DNA of 60,500 nucleotides, the filler included, from Fonticula-like sp. SCN 57-25 (Eukaryota): assembly GCA_001724245.1 (NCBI GenBank). It is 10 parts of 10 records of this genome, joined end to end, with 100 filler letters (N's around TTAATTAATTAA, not from the genome) between each part and the next. Parts side by side here need not be neighbours in the genome. Positions count along the whole stretch, not along the records: positions 33,731 to 39,471 come from MEDX01000590.1; positions 39,572 to 44,886 come from MEDX01000591.1; positions 44,987 to 50,299 come from MEDX01000592.1; 7 more parts are not named here. One strand, 5' to 3'. The translations under genes were made by a program, and so were the position numbers. Below, in pieces: positions 35,392-45,925 of the stretch. The notes under the pieces were generated by a model that was not told the DNA's origin, did no database searches, and saw only the letters and a list, made by a program, of their open reading frames with translations. The number at the start of each line of letters is the position of its first letter. Positions within the stretch are counted from its first letter, which is position 1.

Positions 35392-35788
35392 TGATAGTAT
35401 AGGAAGACGAGCAAGGAGACGGGCGGGAGTGGCGAGGCCGCTGTAAGGAAAGAAGAAATGGCAAGGCGGGCAGCATTAAGGGCATGTGAACATTGAAAAA
35501 AAGATATAAAACGCTTTAGAATACTTGAAAGCAGCGTGTTCAGCGCTCTGCATGCTCGGCTCAACCAGCCGTTGACGGTGCAAATGTGGACTGCGCTCGA
35601 CGTTTAGCCTCGAATTCTCCTCTAGCTCGCATAGTAAAAGGCAAAGACACGTGCCCCAGTACTCGGTAAAACATGTATACACCGCCGTAAAGCAAGAGAA
35701 AAACTTGAAATTCGTAAAATTATTTGCAAAGGCAACTGCCTTCAAGAGCATACAGTACAATGAAAAATACAACAAAAGAACGGCAAAA

Positions 35789-36071
35789 CTAGTTTGAGTT
35801 TCCTGCTAAAACAGACTGCGCGTGCACAATGATCTTGCGCGAAGCCGCGTTCCAGGCCGCCGCGACCTCTGCCAGGCCTTGATTCTTGTCGGCGAGCGCC
35901 TCAAGCTGAGCATTGAGAACGGCCATCTTGTCGGCCGTTGAAGTAAGCTCCTAAAGATAGCAATGGAAAATTTAGTAAGATAAGAGACAATAGGTAAAGG
36001 TGGCGCACTTGGGCGAGCTCTTGTGTCAGTGCAAGACGCTCTGCGGCATGAACGGCCGCGGACGACGACAT
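35789..36071 (-). CDS. Small coiled-coil protein resembling DASH/Dam1 complex subunit Dad1
   Basis: Two exons (intron 35951-36008), 74 aa: AERLALTQELAQELTSTADKMAVLNAQLEALADKNQGLAEVAAAW; not shown in the ORF track. Confidence 0.5.
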
Positions 36072-36612
36072 GGCTAAAATGGCGGGAATCAGAAATCAGT
36101 GGAATCAGAGGATCCTGTCGAATTTTATGGTTTTTTTAGGTTTTTATGCATACTAGACCCCTTTTCCCTTAGAAAAAACTATATAATGACTATTGGCGGG
36201 AACGCAGAATAGCGTCTTTTTGTGTTCCAGTAGAGAAAAGCGCGTGGGTAAAAAGTGTCATTTTTTCAGTGGAAATGATCACCTACTTTGCATGACAACC
36301 TTCTTGCCTTTGTTGGAAATGGTGATTGAGGATTTGGACGCCAGAGCGGATTTTCGAGATTTTCTCCAAAATTTATGCATCGAGTATCATAGTGCAATAT
36401 GTCGAAAGATGCGCAATTTAGAGACCTACAGGTTGGTAAACGTACGTTTTTACATATATGATAAATGACTGAGTTACAGTACCAGAAGCGTCCCCATCGG
36501 TCGGGTGCGTTTACGCATGCGATTTTACAATCTTGAAATTTCTAAACTTCTCGCGCTCGCCGCCTGAAACAGAGTGATCATCGCTGGCGACAGTGCAAGA
36601 TCGCCCCTAAAG

Positions 36613-37290
36613 ATGAATGTTTCAGCAGTGTTAAACGAGCCTAGCGCGCCCGTCGCTCCCGCTTCTGCCGCTCCTCTCCCTGTGCCCGAAGTTCCGGCTG
36701 CCGCGCCTATTTCGCATTTGGTGACCCCATCGGCCGCCCCCGTCCCTGCGCCGGCGCCCGCCGCCCCCGAATCGTCCGCCGATCCCGCCGTTTCTTCGTC
36801 GCCGACGAGTGCGCCTCTGCCTCGCGTGGCCGCTCATGTTCTGACACTACTTGCGTAGAAACGACTGACTACCAGGCCAAGCTCGCGCAGCTTCGGAAAC
36901 GGTCACGGGATCTCGAGCAGGTGCGTTTCCGTTTTCGTGTATTCAATGGATCCTGACGGGATCTCTCTTGCAATGATAGGAGAATGACCAGTTGGTGACC
37001 AAGCTGAGCCGCGCTCGCAGGAATATTGACCGTCTTCGCGCAGAGCGCAGGTGCGTATCCAATGCTGAGACATGCACCGCATGCTGCTGCCATCCCCTTG
37101 CTGCACTAGGATACTAACCGTCTGCATCTCTCCCTTTTCCAGCTTCCTTTTTTCAAAGCTTGAGGAGATGCAAAGGAAGGCGCCCGCAGCCGCGTCAAAG
37201 GGCCGGCCGGCGCCGCCGACGTCGGACATGCTCGCCAGCGAGGATGAGCACCAGGGTCGCAACGGGGGGTACTCGGACGATGACGATTAA
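36613..37290 (+). CDS. TFPT/INO80 subunit (INO80E/F-type) coiled-coil protein
   Basis: Spliced DYQAKLAQLRKRSRDLEQ|ENDQLVTKLSRARRNIDRLRAERS|FLFSKLEE; three introns. Confidence 0.6.
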
Positions 37291-37633
37291 ACTTGTAATA
37301 GAATATCCATTAAATCAAAAGTTAAACTATTAATTTCACTCTTATTATACGTTATATTCTTTACAATGCTGGGAAGTGGTCAGGCACATATGTGTACAAT
37401 ACTTGCTGCAAAAGTAAAACGCATATGGTGACATACATGGAGCTAGAATTTGGACATTGATAGCGACATTTGATAGCCCATACATAGCGCTATCCTCTAG
37501 CTATATTAGACATAGAGTCCTTTAATGTTTAGTGCAAAGCGTCTGTGTTCAAATAGTCGAGATCATTTGAGATCTTCCCTCGACACCCCCTTCACCTGGG
37601 CGCGTCACATGCGATTTTTGTGATTAGTTGTAA

Positions 37634-37649
37634 AAATCGCATGCGATTT
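37634..37649. promoter_or_regulatory. Second copy of the AAATCGCATGCGATTT palindrome, upstream of ABCF
   Basis: Ends 35 bp before ATG 37685; extra half-site at 37608-37617. Confidence 0.6.
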
Positions 37650-37684
37650 GAAAGTACCCGCGTGCCAGCGCCAGCGACATCGAC

Positions 37685-39471
37685 ATGGTGCGCAGCCCAC
37701 CGCGTAGCGTACCGTGCCCAGCTAACTTTGTCCTTTTCGCAGGCGAGGAAGGGTAAGAAGGACGAGTCCGACGACGAGCAGCCCGTCGCTGCCGCCGCCG
37801 CCGCCGCGCCGCCTGCTGTACGCTCCTTTCCCACCCTCTTTTGGCTTTCCGCGTGTTCTTTCCCGCCCTTTTCCCTTGTCATGTCTCTCTGCGCGCGCTC
37901 ACCGCCCACTAACCACTTGCCATGTCTCTTTTCCTTTTCTTTTCTTTTATTTGATAGCGCGGCAAGGGTAAGAAGGGCGGCAAGCGCGGTGGCGATGTGA
38001 GCGATGACGAGCCCGAGGTGCCCAAGAAGGCCGCCGCCGCTCCCGCCGCCGCCAAGAAGGGCGGCAAGAAGGGCAAGAACGCGGACGACAGCGAGGAAGA
38101 GGAGAAGCCTGTTGCCAAGAAGGGCGGCAAGAAGGGCAAGAACGCCGACGACAGCGAGGAAGAGGAGAAGCCTGTTGCCAAGAAGGGCGGCAAGAAGGGC
38201 AAGAACGCGGACGACAGCGAGGAAGATGAGAAGCCTGTTGCCAAGAAGGGCGGCAAGAAGGGCAAGAGCGCGGACGACAGCGATGAAGATGAAAAGCCTG
38301 CCGCCAAGCCCAAGCCCGCTGCCGCCGCCCCCGCCCGCAAGCAGCGCGGCAAGCGCCGTGGCGGCAAGGGCGGCGACAGCGACGACGACGACGACGACGT
38401 CCCCTCGATGCTCGCGCCCGTCGCCGCCGCCAAGGGCAAGCCGACCGAGAACGACTCTGACGACGAGGACATCGACGACGACGAGCCGCTCCACGTGCGC
38501 CCTCTTTTCGTGTTTTTGTATGTGTGTCAAGTGAAAGTTTGCTGACGTGCATGTAGCCGCTGAATGTCAAGACTGGCAAGGCGCATGCGTGGGAAGCCCT
38601 CGAGGTCGAAGATGAAGATGACGATGAGGAGGAAGATGAGGAAGAAGAGGAGGAGGAAAAAGAAGAAGACGAGGAAGACGGTGTGTCCTCAGTCACCGAC
38701 GCCGTTGCCAAGCTTCACGTGCAGAGCCGCCCCTCTGGCGTCCCCCACGACGCGATGGCGCACTCTTCGAGCGACGTCTTTGCCGCCGCCTCTGACGATG
38801 AAGACGCCTCCGCCACCGGCGCCAAGGTCGACCGCAAGGAAGCCCGCCGTGCCAAGAAGCAGCGCATGAAGGACGCGACGATTCTTTCGCGCCAGGAAGG
38901 CGACCTTATTGAAGCCAAGGCCGAAGTGGACGTGCTTGAGGAACCGATTGACGACCTTGCCGCCCCCCAAGGCAATGACATCAAGGTGAACAAGTTTAGC
39001 ATCTTTGCTGGCGGCAAAGCCCTGTTTAAGAATGCGAATTTGACGCTCGCCCACGGCCGCCGTTACGGCCTTGTCGGCTACAACGGCACTGGCAAGACGA
39101 CCCTTTTGCGCCACCTGTATGCTCGCGAAGGCGACTTTAAGGTACCGCGCCACATTGACATCCACATGGTGGAGCAGGAGGCCAAGGCGGACGACAAGAG
39201 CGCGCTGATCACTGTCGTCGAAGCCGACGAAGTGCGACTTCGCCTGCTCAAGGAAGAAGCCCTGATTTCGGCCATGAGCGCCGAAGATCAAACTGCAAAC
39301 AGCGACAGACTGGTGAGGATTTACGAAAAGCTGGAGGAAATTGGCGCGTCGGCGGCGATTCCGCGCGCGAGTGCGATCCTGAGCGGCCTTCAGTTCACCG
39401 AAGAGATGAAGCAGATGCCGACGCGCGCGTTTTCGGGTGGCTGGCGGATGCGAATTGCGCTCGCGCGAGCC
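37685..39471 (+). CDS. ABCF1: ABCF-family translation ATPase (ABCF1-like, long K/D/E-rich N-terminus); 3' truncated
   Basis: ATG-only first coding exon; GRRYGLVGYNGTGKTTLL, RASAILSGLQF, FSGGWRMRIALARA. Confidence 0.88.
38051..38300 (+). repeat. 63-bp coding tandem repeat, about 4 copies (AKKGGKKGKNADDSEEEEKPV)
   Basis: Near-identical units starting at 38051, 38114, 38177 and 38240. Confidence 0.92.
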
Positions 39472-40108
39472 NNNNNNNNNNNNNNNNNNNNNNNNNNNNN
39501 NNNNNNNNNNNNNNNTTAATTAATTAANNNNNNNNNNNNNNNNNNNNNNNNNNNNNNNNNNNNNNNNNNNNGAGAGCTTCCGTAATCAGGTTTTATAGTC
39601 CCGATCAAGGCGCCATAAAAGGAAATCATCAAATTTGTGGTCTCGCTCGATCCAATCAAATGCGAGAACGAGCCCATCGATGCATCGTAGGATAGGCGTC
39701 GGGCGAACGTTATGTCGCGTGTCCGAGTGGGCTGCCGCGCGTGCCAAAGAGAGGCACAGAGGGAGCAGAAAGGGCCGGGACAATGGCCAAACGCGTGAAC
39801 GCATGCATTACCAGCGTTGCAAATGTGGTAGTCAAAGCATAGGGCGCTCGAGGGACGGCCGCAGTCTATTCTCGTGGTTCAAACACGATGAGCACGATGC
39901 GTGTGATACATTTGCCTAGTCCACTGAGTCCCCGACAGCATTGTGTACATTTTACTTGATGCTATATTACTCGATACCATATTACTCGTTCTACGCACTT
40001 GACGTCCACTTTTGCACACCAATTAAATTTTTAATGGGCCGATGACTACAACCCTGCCACAGCCCTGTTAGTGTCTGCTTGTTGCAGCTTTGCTTTGACC
40101 TCGGAGAC

Positions 40109-41571
40109 ATGGAGGTCTGCAAGAGGGGGCTCAGCTGCGAGCATGTGATTGACTCTTTGCATCAAGACAAGAAACGTCATGCCTGCATTTACGGCGCGAC
40201 GTGCAGAATTGTAGAGTCTGACACATCTGGCTTGCATGCGCAACGTTTCGTTCACGATGCACCGATAACCTCGGCGCGGGAAGTTTGCAAGGCCCGTGCA
40301 AACTGTGCGCAGCTGGCCAACCGCAGCCATCTCTTGTCCCACTTGCACGAGTGCGCTCGCGGCGTCGAGTGCGTGCAGGTCGACCCTCAGCATCACTTTT
40401 ACTTTTCTCACGGCGGCGAGGTTCGCCCGCGGGTGCTGTGCCAGACGGCTCGGTGCCCGCTTGTCAATGATGCCGCGCACACCGCCCTGTTCATGCACGT
40501 GTGCTCATGGGGAAGCAGGTGTAACAAGCAATCCCAGGCGGCCCACGTGTTGCGCTTCATGCATCCCCGCGAGTACTGCCCCGACCGCCTGAGTTGCACG
40601 CTCATCGATGTTGATCAGTCCCATCGCTCCGCCTTTCGCCACGTCTGCCCCGCCTTTGGCGACTGCGCCAAGATCAAGGATCCAATGCACGCGCTTCGCT
40701 TTGCCCACCCGACGCTCACTTCTCTGTACGCCATTCTCTTTTACTTTAGCATTCTATGTTTTACCTTTACTGATCTCCATAAAGGCCGCCGTGTCCGCAG
40801 GGATCGCTGTGCGACAAGAATCGGCCGGAAAGCGAGCACAACTGGGAGTTTACGCACCCATGCAAGGTCCCGAGCTGCACCAACGAGGACCTCATCCACA
40901 AGCAGACGTTTACGCACGAGGTGCCGTCGCTGATGCAGATCGACGGCTTCATCAGCAAGCTGCCGCCGGAACTCGCCGCGTCGGGCGAGCAAAAGTATGA
41001 GCTAATGCCCATCAACCAGGCCTCGACAGAGGCAAAGTTTATTTTGGACCGGTTTGTCAACACGCTGGGGAAGACGTACACGCTTCGCCGCATCGAGCGC
41101 GTCTGCAACCCGTTCCTCTTGAAGCTCTATGTGGGCAACAGGAACAAGATGGCCGCCGATCGCGGAGGCAAGGCCAACGAGCAGCTCATGTTCCACGGGT
41201 CCCAAAGCTGGAAGGAGATTCTTACAAACGGGTTTGACTTTCGGTATTCAAGAAACGGTCGCTATGGCTGCGGTGCGTACTTTGCGTTTAACTCAAGATA
41301 CTCGGATAGCGGGTACGCCGTACCGGTCTTTGGCTTCTCTGCGTTAACGCCCCACTTATTGTTTTGCAGTTATGTAGGACAGGACGAGAATGGATTCAAG
41401 ACCATGTTTGTCTCGTACGTCGTTGCCGGTGTGTCGACACAATGCGCGCCCAATTCCGCCCTCACTGAGCCGCCGAACGGCGCGGATTCGGTCATCGAGC
41501 CCAACACCATGGTCATTGTGTACAAGGAGTTTCGGGCATACCCGGCCTACCTTATCAGATACACAGCATAA
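40109..41571 (+). CDS. PARP-family ADP-ribosyltransferase with ten N-terminal PBZ-like CCHH zinc fingers (start codon uncertain)
   Basis: Introns 40726-40784 and 41313-41369 join the fingers to IERVCN..., EQLMFHGS, GRYGCGAYFAFNSRYS, MVIVY, AYPAYLIRY. Confidence 0.85.
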
Positions 41572-41643
41572 ATGGGTAATTGGTTTTCATTCATTTTGTA
41601 TGGCAAAGAATAGAAAGGTAAGAAAAGAAAGCAGAGAGACGAG

Positions 41644-42176
41644 CTACCACTGGCCGGCAGGGGCGGGGTGCTCGAGCGGCTCCCACGGCTTCCACGCGGC
41701 CATCTTCGGCACAAGGTCAAGCTCACGCTCGGCCTGCAAAACAAGCTCCTCAATCTGTCCGCAGGCGATCTTGCTGGTAATCCAAAAGGAAGAGACGTGA
41801 AAAAAAAGACTTGGTTAGAGGCAGAAAAGCAGAAAAAAGAGGCCGCAGCGAGCGAGCGCGTACCGCTCAATAACGTCCGGGTTGTGCTCCTCCTGGACGA
41901 TCTCGAGACGCTGCTTGGTGAGCGCCTCAGTGACCTTGCGGTACTCGGCGTCGGCGGGGATCGACGAGTTCAAGAGCTCGAGCGTCTTTGTGTAGAGCGC
42001 AATGAGATCCTTGCGGGCGTGCTTGTTGACATCAATGCCGACAAGGCCGGTCGACTGCCGTGAAAGAAAACACCAAAACGTTAGCCAAAAAAGAGCACAT
42101 TATTCAAACAACGAACCTGCTTGTTAGTAGCCGAGCTCGCAAGACCGCGGCCCGCTCGCCTCACCGCCGACAGCAT
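41644..42176 (-). CDS. NDUFA5: Complex I accessory subunit NDUFA5 (B13)
   Basis: STGLVGIDV...[19 protein letters not shown]...[17 protein letters not shown]...WKPWEPL...GQW; two introns. Confidence 0.92.
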
Positions 42177-42312
42177 CCTGCGTGTAAGGTGTGATAGAAC
42201 AATTTGCAAATTTGCAAATTTGCCCACCAAGTAGCTGATTGGCCCGCGATTTGAATAAAACCCGGAACTCCGGGCCGCCGGGATCGCTAAACAACTTGTC
42301 AGGTGGGCGACG

Positions 42313-43503
42313 ATGAGGGTGGGCGACTGCGTCGCTGCGGTGGTTGGGGCTGGTCCCGCCGGCCTCTTTGCTGTGGGTTCCTTGCTGGACGCTGGCGTTG
42401 CTTCTATTCTGTGGGTTGACGCGTCGCACGACGGTAGCGGTCGTCTCAAAAAGTACCTTGCCGTGCCGAGCAACACCAAGGTCCGCCTCTTTGTCGGCGC
42501 CGTCCTCGCGTGCGACTCGTTCAAGGCCGCCTGGGAACACGTGCGCGCCAACGGTGGGGGAAAGTCGCTTTCGGACCTCGAGACACTCGCGCAGGACGGC
42601 GAGTGCCCTCTTGGCTTTGCGGCCGCTGCGCTCGAGGAGCTCGCCGGCGGCATCCTGGCCGTGTTCAAGGATCGCCTCACGACCCTCACGGGATACTGCG
42701 ATCGCATCGAGCGCTCGACGTCGGCGGACGGCACATGGACCCTGAGCGTCGGCTCGGAAAAGTTCCGCGCCAAGATGGTCGTTTTGGCGACGGGCAGCGC
42801 GCCCATCCTGCCGGCCGACCATGCGGCGCCGCACAGCAAGCATGGCGCCGCTGTGATCGAGCTCGATGATGCGCTGTCGCCGGCCGTTCTTTCTGGCCTT
42901 CTTGGCTCGCAGGCGGGCGCTCGCGACATTGCCGTTGTTGGTTGCAGCCACTCGGCCGTTCTCGTGCTCCGCAATGTGTCGGACATTCTTTCGGCGCGCG
43001 GCGACGGCAACGCGTCGCGCATCAAAAACTTTTACCGCTCGCCGCTAAAATACGCCGAGTACATTGACGCTACTACGATTATCAACGACAACACGGGTCT
43101 CAAGGGCCTTGCGGCCAACTGGGCGCGCACGCACCTCGAGGACGGCTGCGCGGCGCCGCTCTCGCACATGCACCGCATCAAGACGGACCCGTCGAATGAA
43201 AGTGGCATCTACGACAGCGAGCTCGCGTCGTGCTCGTCAATCATTTACGCGATCGGGTACGCGCGCAACAGCCTGCCGGTCATTGCGGTGGACGGCGCCG
43301 AGGCAAAGAGCGTCGAGCACGGCGAGGGCGGGCAGCTCGTCGTGGACGGCGTGCCGCAGCCGTCCCTGATGGGCTTTGGCATCGCGTTCCCGGAGCGCAT
43401 CATTGGCATCGCCGGCAACGAGGAGAGCAACGTCGGGCTTTGGAAGTTTATCCGCTTTATCCGCGCATCGATTTCAAAGGCCGTTCCGAGCATCATTGCA
43501 TAG
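42313..43503 (+). CDS. FAD/NAD(P)-binding pyridine nucleotide-disulfide oxidoreductase-like protein, intronless
   Basis: VVGAGPAGL, VPSNTKV, VVLATGS, VVGCSHSAVLVLRN, NTGLKG, YAIGY, GFGIAFPE, NVGLWKF. Confidence 0.8.
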   Translation: MRVGDCVAAVVGAGPAGLFAVGSLLDAGVASILWVDASHDGSGRLKKYLAVPSNTKVRLFVGAVLACDSFKAAWEHVRANGGGKSLSDLETLAQDGECPLGFAAAALEELAGGILAVFKDRLTTLTGYCDRIERSTSADGTWTLSVGSEKFRAKMVVLATGSAPILPADHAAPHSKHGAAVIELDDALSPAVLSGLLGSQAGARDIAVVGCSHSAVLVLRNVSDILSARGDGNASRIKNFYRSPLKYAEYIDATTIINDNTGLKGLAANWARTHLEDGCAAPLSHMHRIKTDPSNESGIYDSELASCSSIIYAIGYARNSLPVIAVDGAEAKSVEHGEGGQLVVDGVPQPSLMGFGIAFPERIIGIAGNEESNVGLWKFIRFIRASISKAVPSIIA

Positions 43504-43581
43504 TTTTGTAGAGCGATTAATGCATGTGTTTTACTATTCCGCAGCAGCAAAAATATGTACAGCAATCAAAGAGAAATGGCT

Positions 43582-44436
43582 TTACGCGTCGACCTTTTCG
43601 CCGCGCAGCATCTGCACGGCGCGGAGCTGGCGGTACTGGGCAATCACGCGCTCGCGCTCGGTCTCGAGCTGTCGCTTGTCGGCCGCAGAAAGATCGCGAA
43701 GCTTGGTGCGCTTGGGCAGCGGCTCCCCGGGCTCGTCCACCGGCTTGGGCGGGCGCGGCGCCGACTCTTCTTCTTCTTCGTCGCTGCCGTCCTTGTTGGA
43801 AATTTCGTGCTGAGGGCGCTTGCGCTGCTTCAATACCGTCTTGATGTGCGGGATGTCCTGGGCGACCTCTCCAAACTTGGGCGCAGTCTGCTCCGTGCGC
43901 TGGCGCACAGACTCTTCAAGCAGCTCGTCCTTTGCCGCAGCCCCCTTTTCGGCGAGATGCTTCTTGCGCTGTAGCAAATGCCTTGAAAAACAAATTAGAA
44001 AATATTCAAAAAAAGGGTCGCGTACTCTTTCCGGCGTGCGCTGACCTTGCGCGTGTTGCGCATGTCGGTCTGGAGCTGCTCGCGGAAGGCGGCATCGACA
44101 CGGCGCGAGTACTCGTTCAGCGATTCGTCCGGACGAGCCACCGGGGCAATGCTATTCGAGTCGGCCTGCTTTGGCTTCTTGGGCTCTTTCGCAATCTTTT
44201 CCGTCTTGCGGATGCCTTGCAGCATGTGGCGGAACGACCGCGGCGCCTTGTCCGAGCGGGCCGTGGTCTTCTTGGTCGGGGCGCGGTCATACTGCGCCTC
44301 GATCTTTGCCCTGTTCACCAGATAAGCTTCTGGATCAAATAGCACAATTAAATATAACGCACCGCTGCTCGAGCTGCGCCTTGTTTAGCTTGGCATCGGG
44401 ATCAAAAGCCTTGATCTTGCCGCGGCGACGTGCCAT
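43582..44436 (-). CDS. CCDC137-like basic coiled-coil protein
   Basis: DKAPRSFR, RPDESLNEYSRRVD, KFGEVAQDIP, LETERERVIAQYRQLR; two introns. Confidence 0.6.
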
Positions 44437-44683
44437 CTTGACCAGATCGTGACGGGGCCACACGGAAAACGACGAGTCAGCAAATCAGCAAATCAGATAT
44501 CAATCAGAGATGATCAGGCATAGGTCTGTGCAGGGAATGTGTCTGTCCCGTTAAAATACTACAATAGAGTTCTACACAACATAGAGAATAAAAATATATT
44601 GACCTGCATACAGGGAATATGATCACTAAAGTCGATGCGTCGATGTAATTGAATGTCCAAAATGTTATCTATTGCCTCGTTGC

Positions 44684-44886
44684 CTACGCGAGAGCAGCAT
44701 GCACAGCTTCCGCCATTGCTCCCGACACGGCTACAACGCACTCTGGGCCGTTCGCCACGCTGAAAGTACCGCCGTTCACGTCCATTGCCTTGCCGCCGCT
44801 CTCGGTAACAAACAGGGTGCCGAGGGCGAGCTCGGCGGTCGGACCCACCGGCGCCTTGACAAACACGTCGACGCGGCCGCCGGCGA
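44684..44886 (-). CDS. C-terminal fragment of an inositol-monophosphatase-like (FIG) protein
   Basis: AGGRVDVFV...ELALGTLFVTESGGKAMDVNG matches the AxGxxD...WDxAAGxLIVxEAGG region. Confidence 0.55.
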
Positions 44887-45059
44887 NNNNNNNNNNNNNN
44901 NNNNNNNNNNNNNNNNNNNNNNNNNNNNNNTTAATTAATTAANNNNNNNNNNNNNNNNNNNNNNNNNNNNNNNNNNNNNNNNNNNNGAACTTGACTGTGG
45001 AGTTCGTGTGGTTGTTCGTCCTCTCACCTTGCCATCCATCAAGCAGGTAGCCCTTAACC

Positions 45060-45753
45060 ATGGTACGTCCCGGCTGCGCGTGCAGCGCGCCTCCCGATGC
45101 TTACCGGCCGTGGCGGATGCGGCATACACCGGATGCTATTGATGCACGGCCCGCATCGTTTTGATGCGTGCCGCCGTACTGAGGAGTTCCCGTCGGATGT
45201 GCGGATGGTGCGCATCCACCCATCCGCACGTCGGCGAGGCATCCTCTGTCGGTGGCCCGGCCGGTGTGCTGCATCCGCTCGTTGGTGGCATCGGGAGTAT
45301 CGTTTGTCGAATTGGTTCTTTGCTCACGCGCTTGGTTGTGGTGTTTAGACGAAGGGTACCCAAAGCTTCGGTAAGCGCCACATTAAGACGCACTCGCTGT
45401 GCGCGCGCTGCAACAAGCGTTCCTTCCACGTCCAGAAGAAGGAGTGCGCTTCGTGCGGCTACCCGGCTGCTCGCATTCGCAAGTGTACGTGCTTTTTTTG
45501 TTTGCTCATCACTGTATCCGATGCTGATTTCGATTGTTCCTCCATTTCAGTCAACTGGGGTGCCAAGGCTATGCGCCGGAAGACCACCGGTACCGGCCGC
45601 ATGCGCTACCTCAAGCAGGTCTCTCGCCTTTTCAAGAACGGCTTCCGTGTTGGTGCGTTACTCTTCTACCCGATTTACGTATCGTGAGCTAATCAAATCT
45701 GATTTTCAGGCCACTCCGTGACTGGCAAGAAGCCGGCTGCTGCGTCCAACTAA
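45060..45753 (+). CDS. RPL37: 60S ribosomal protein eL37
   Basis: Exons 45060-45062, 45349-45484, 45551-45652, 45710-45753: [68 protein letters not shown]. Confidence 0.97.
45091..45297 (+). ncRNA. Putative structured intronic RNA element (three-way junction) in rpl37 intron 1
   Basis: Nested complementary segments with many G-U pairs (detailed in findings). Confidence 0.6.
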
Positions 45754-45925
45754 ACAATTGAACCTGTTGTGTACATGATGCTGCTGAATTGGTAGGTGAA
45801 AACGAAAACTTTTTTGTTCACTCTTGGGGGGAATGTGGTGATGGGTTTTGATCAGAAAGGAACTCGCCGAACGTTATTGTTTGGTTCATTTATTTGTTTC
45901 TTTGATCAAAAAGAGGAGTGTTTCG

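Noticed and set aside
39572-40080. Short ORF upstream of the PBZ-PARP gene
   Set aside because: No motif, and no confident splice connection to the downstream exon
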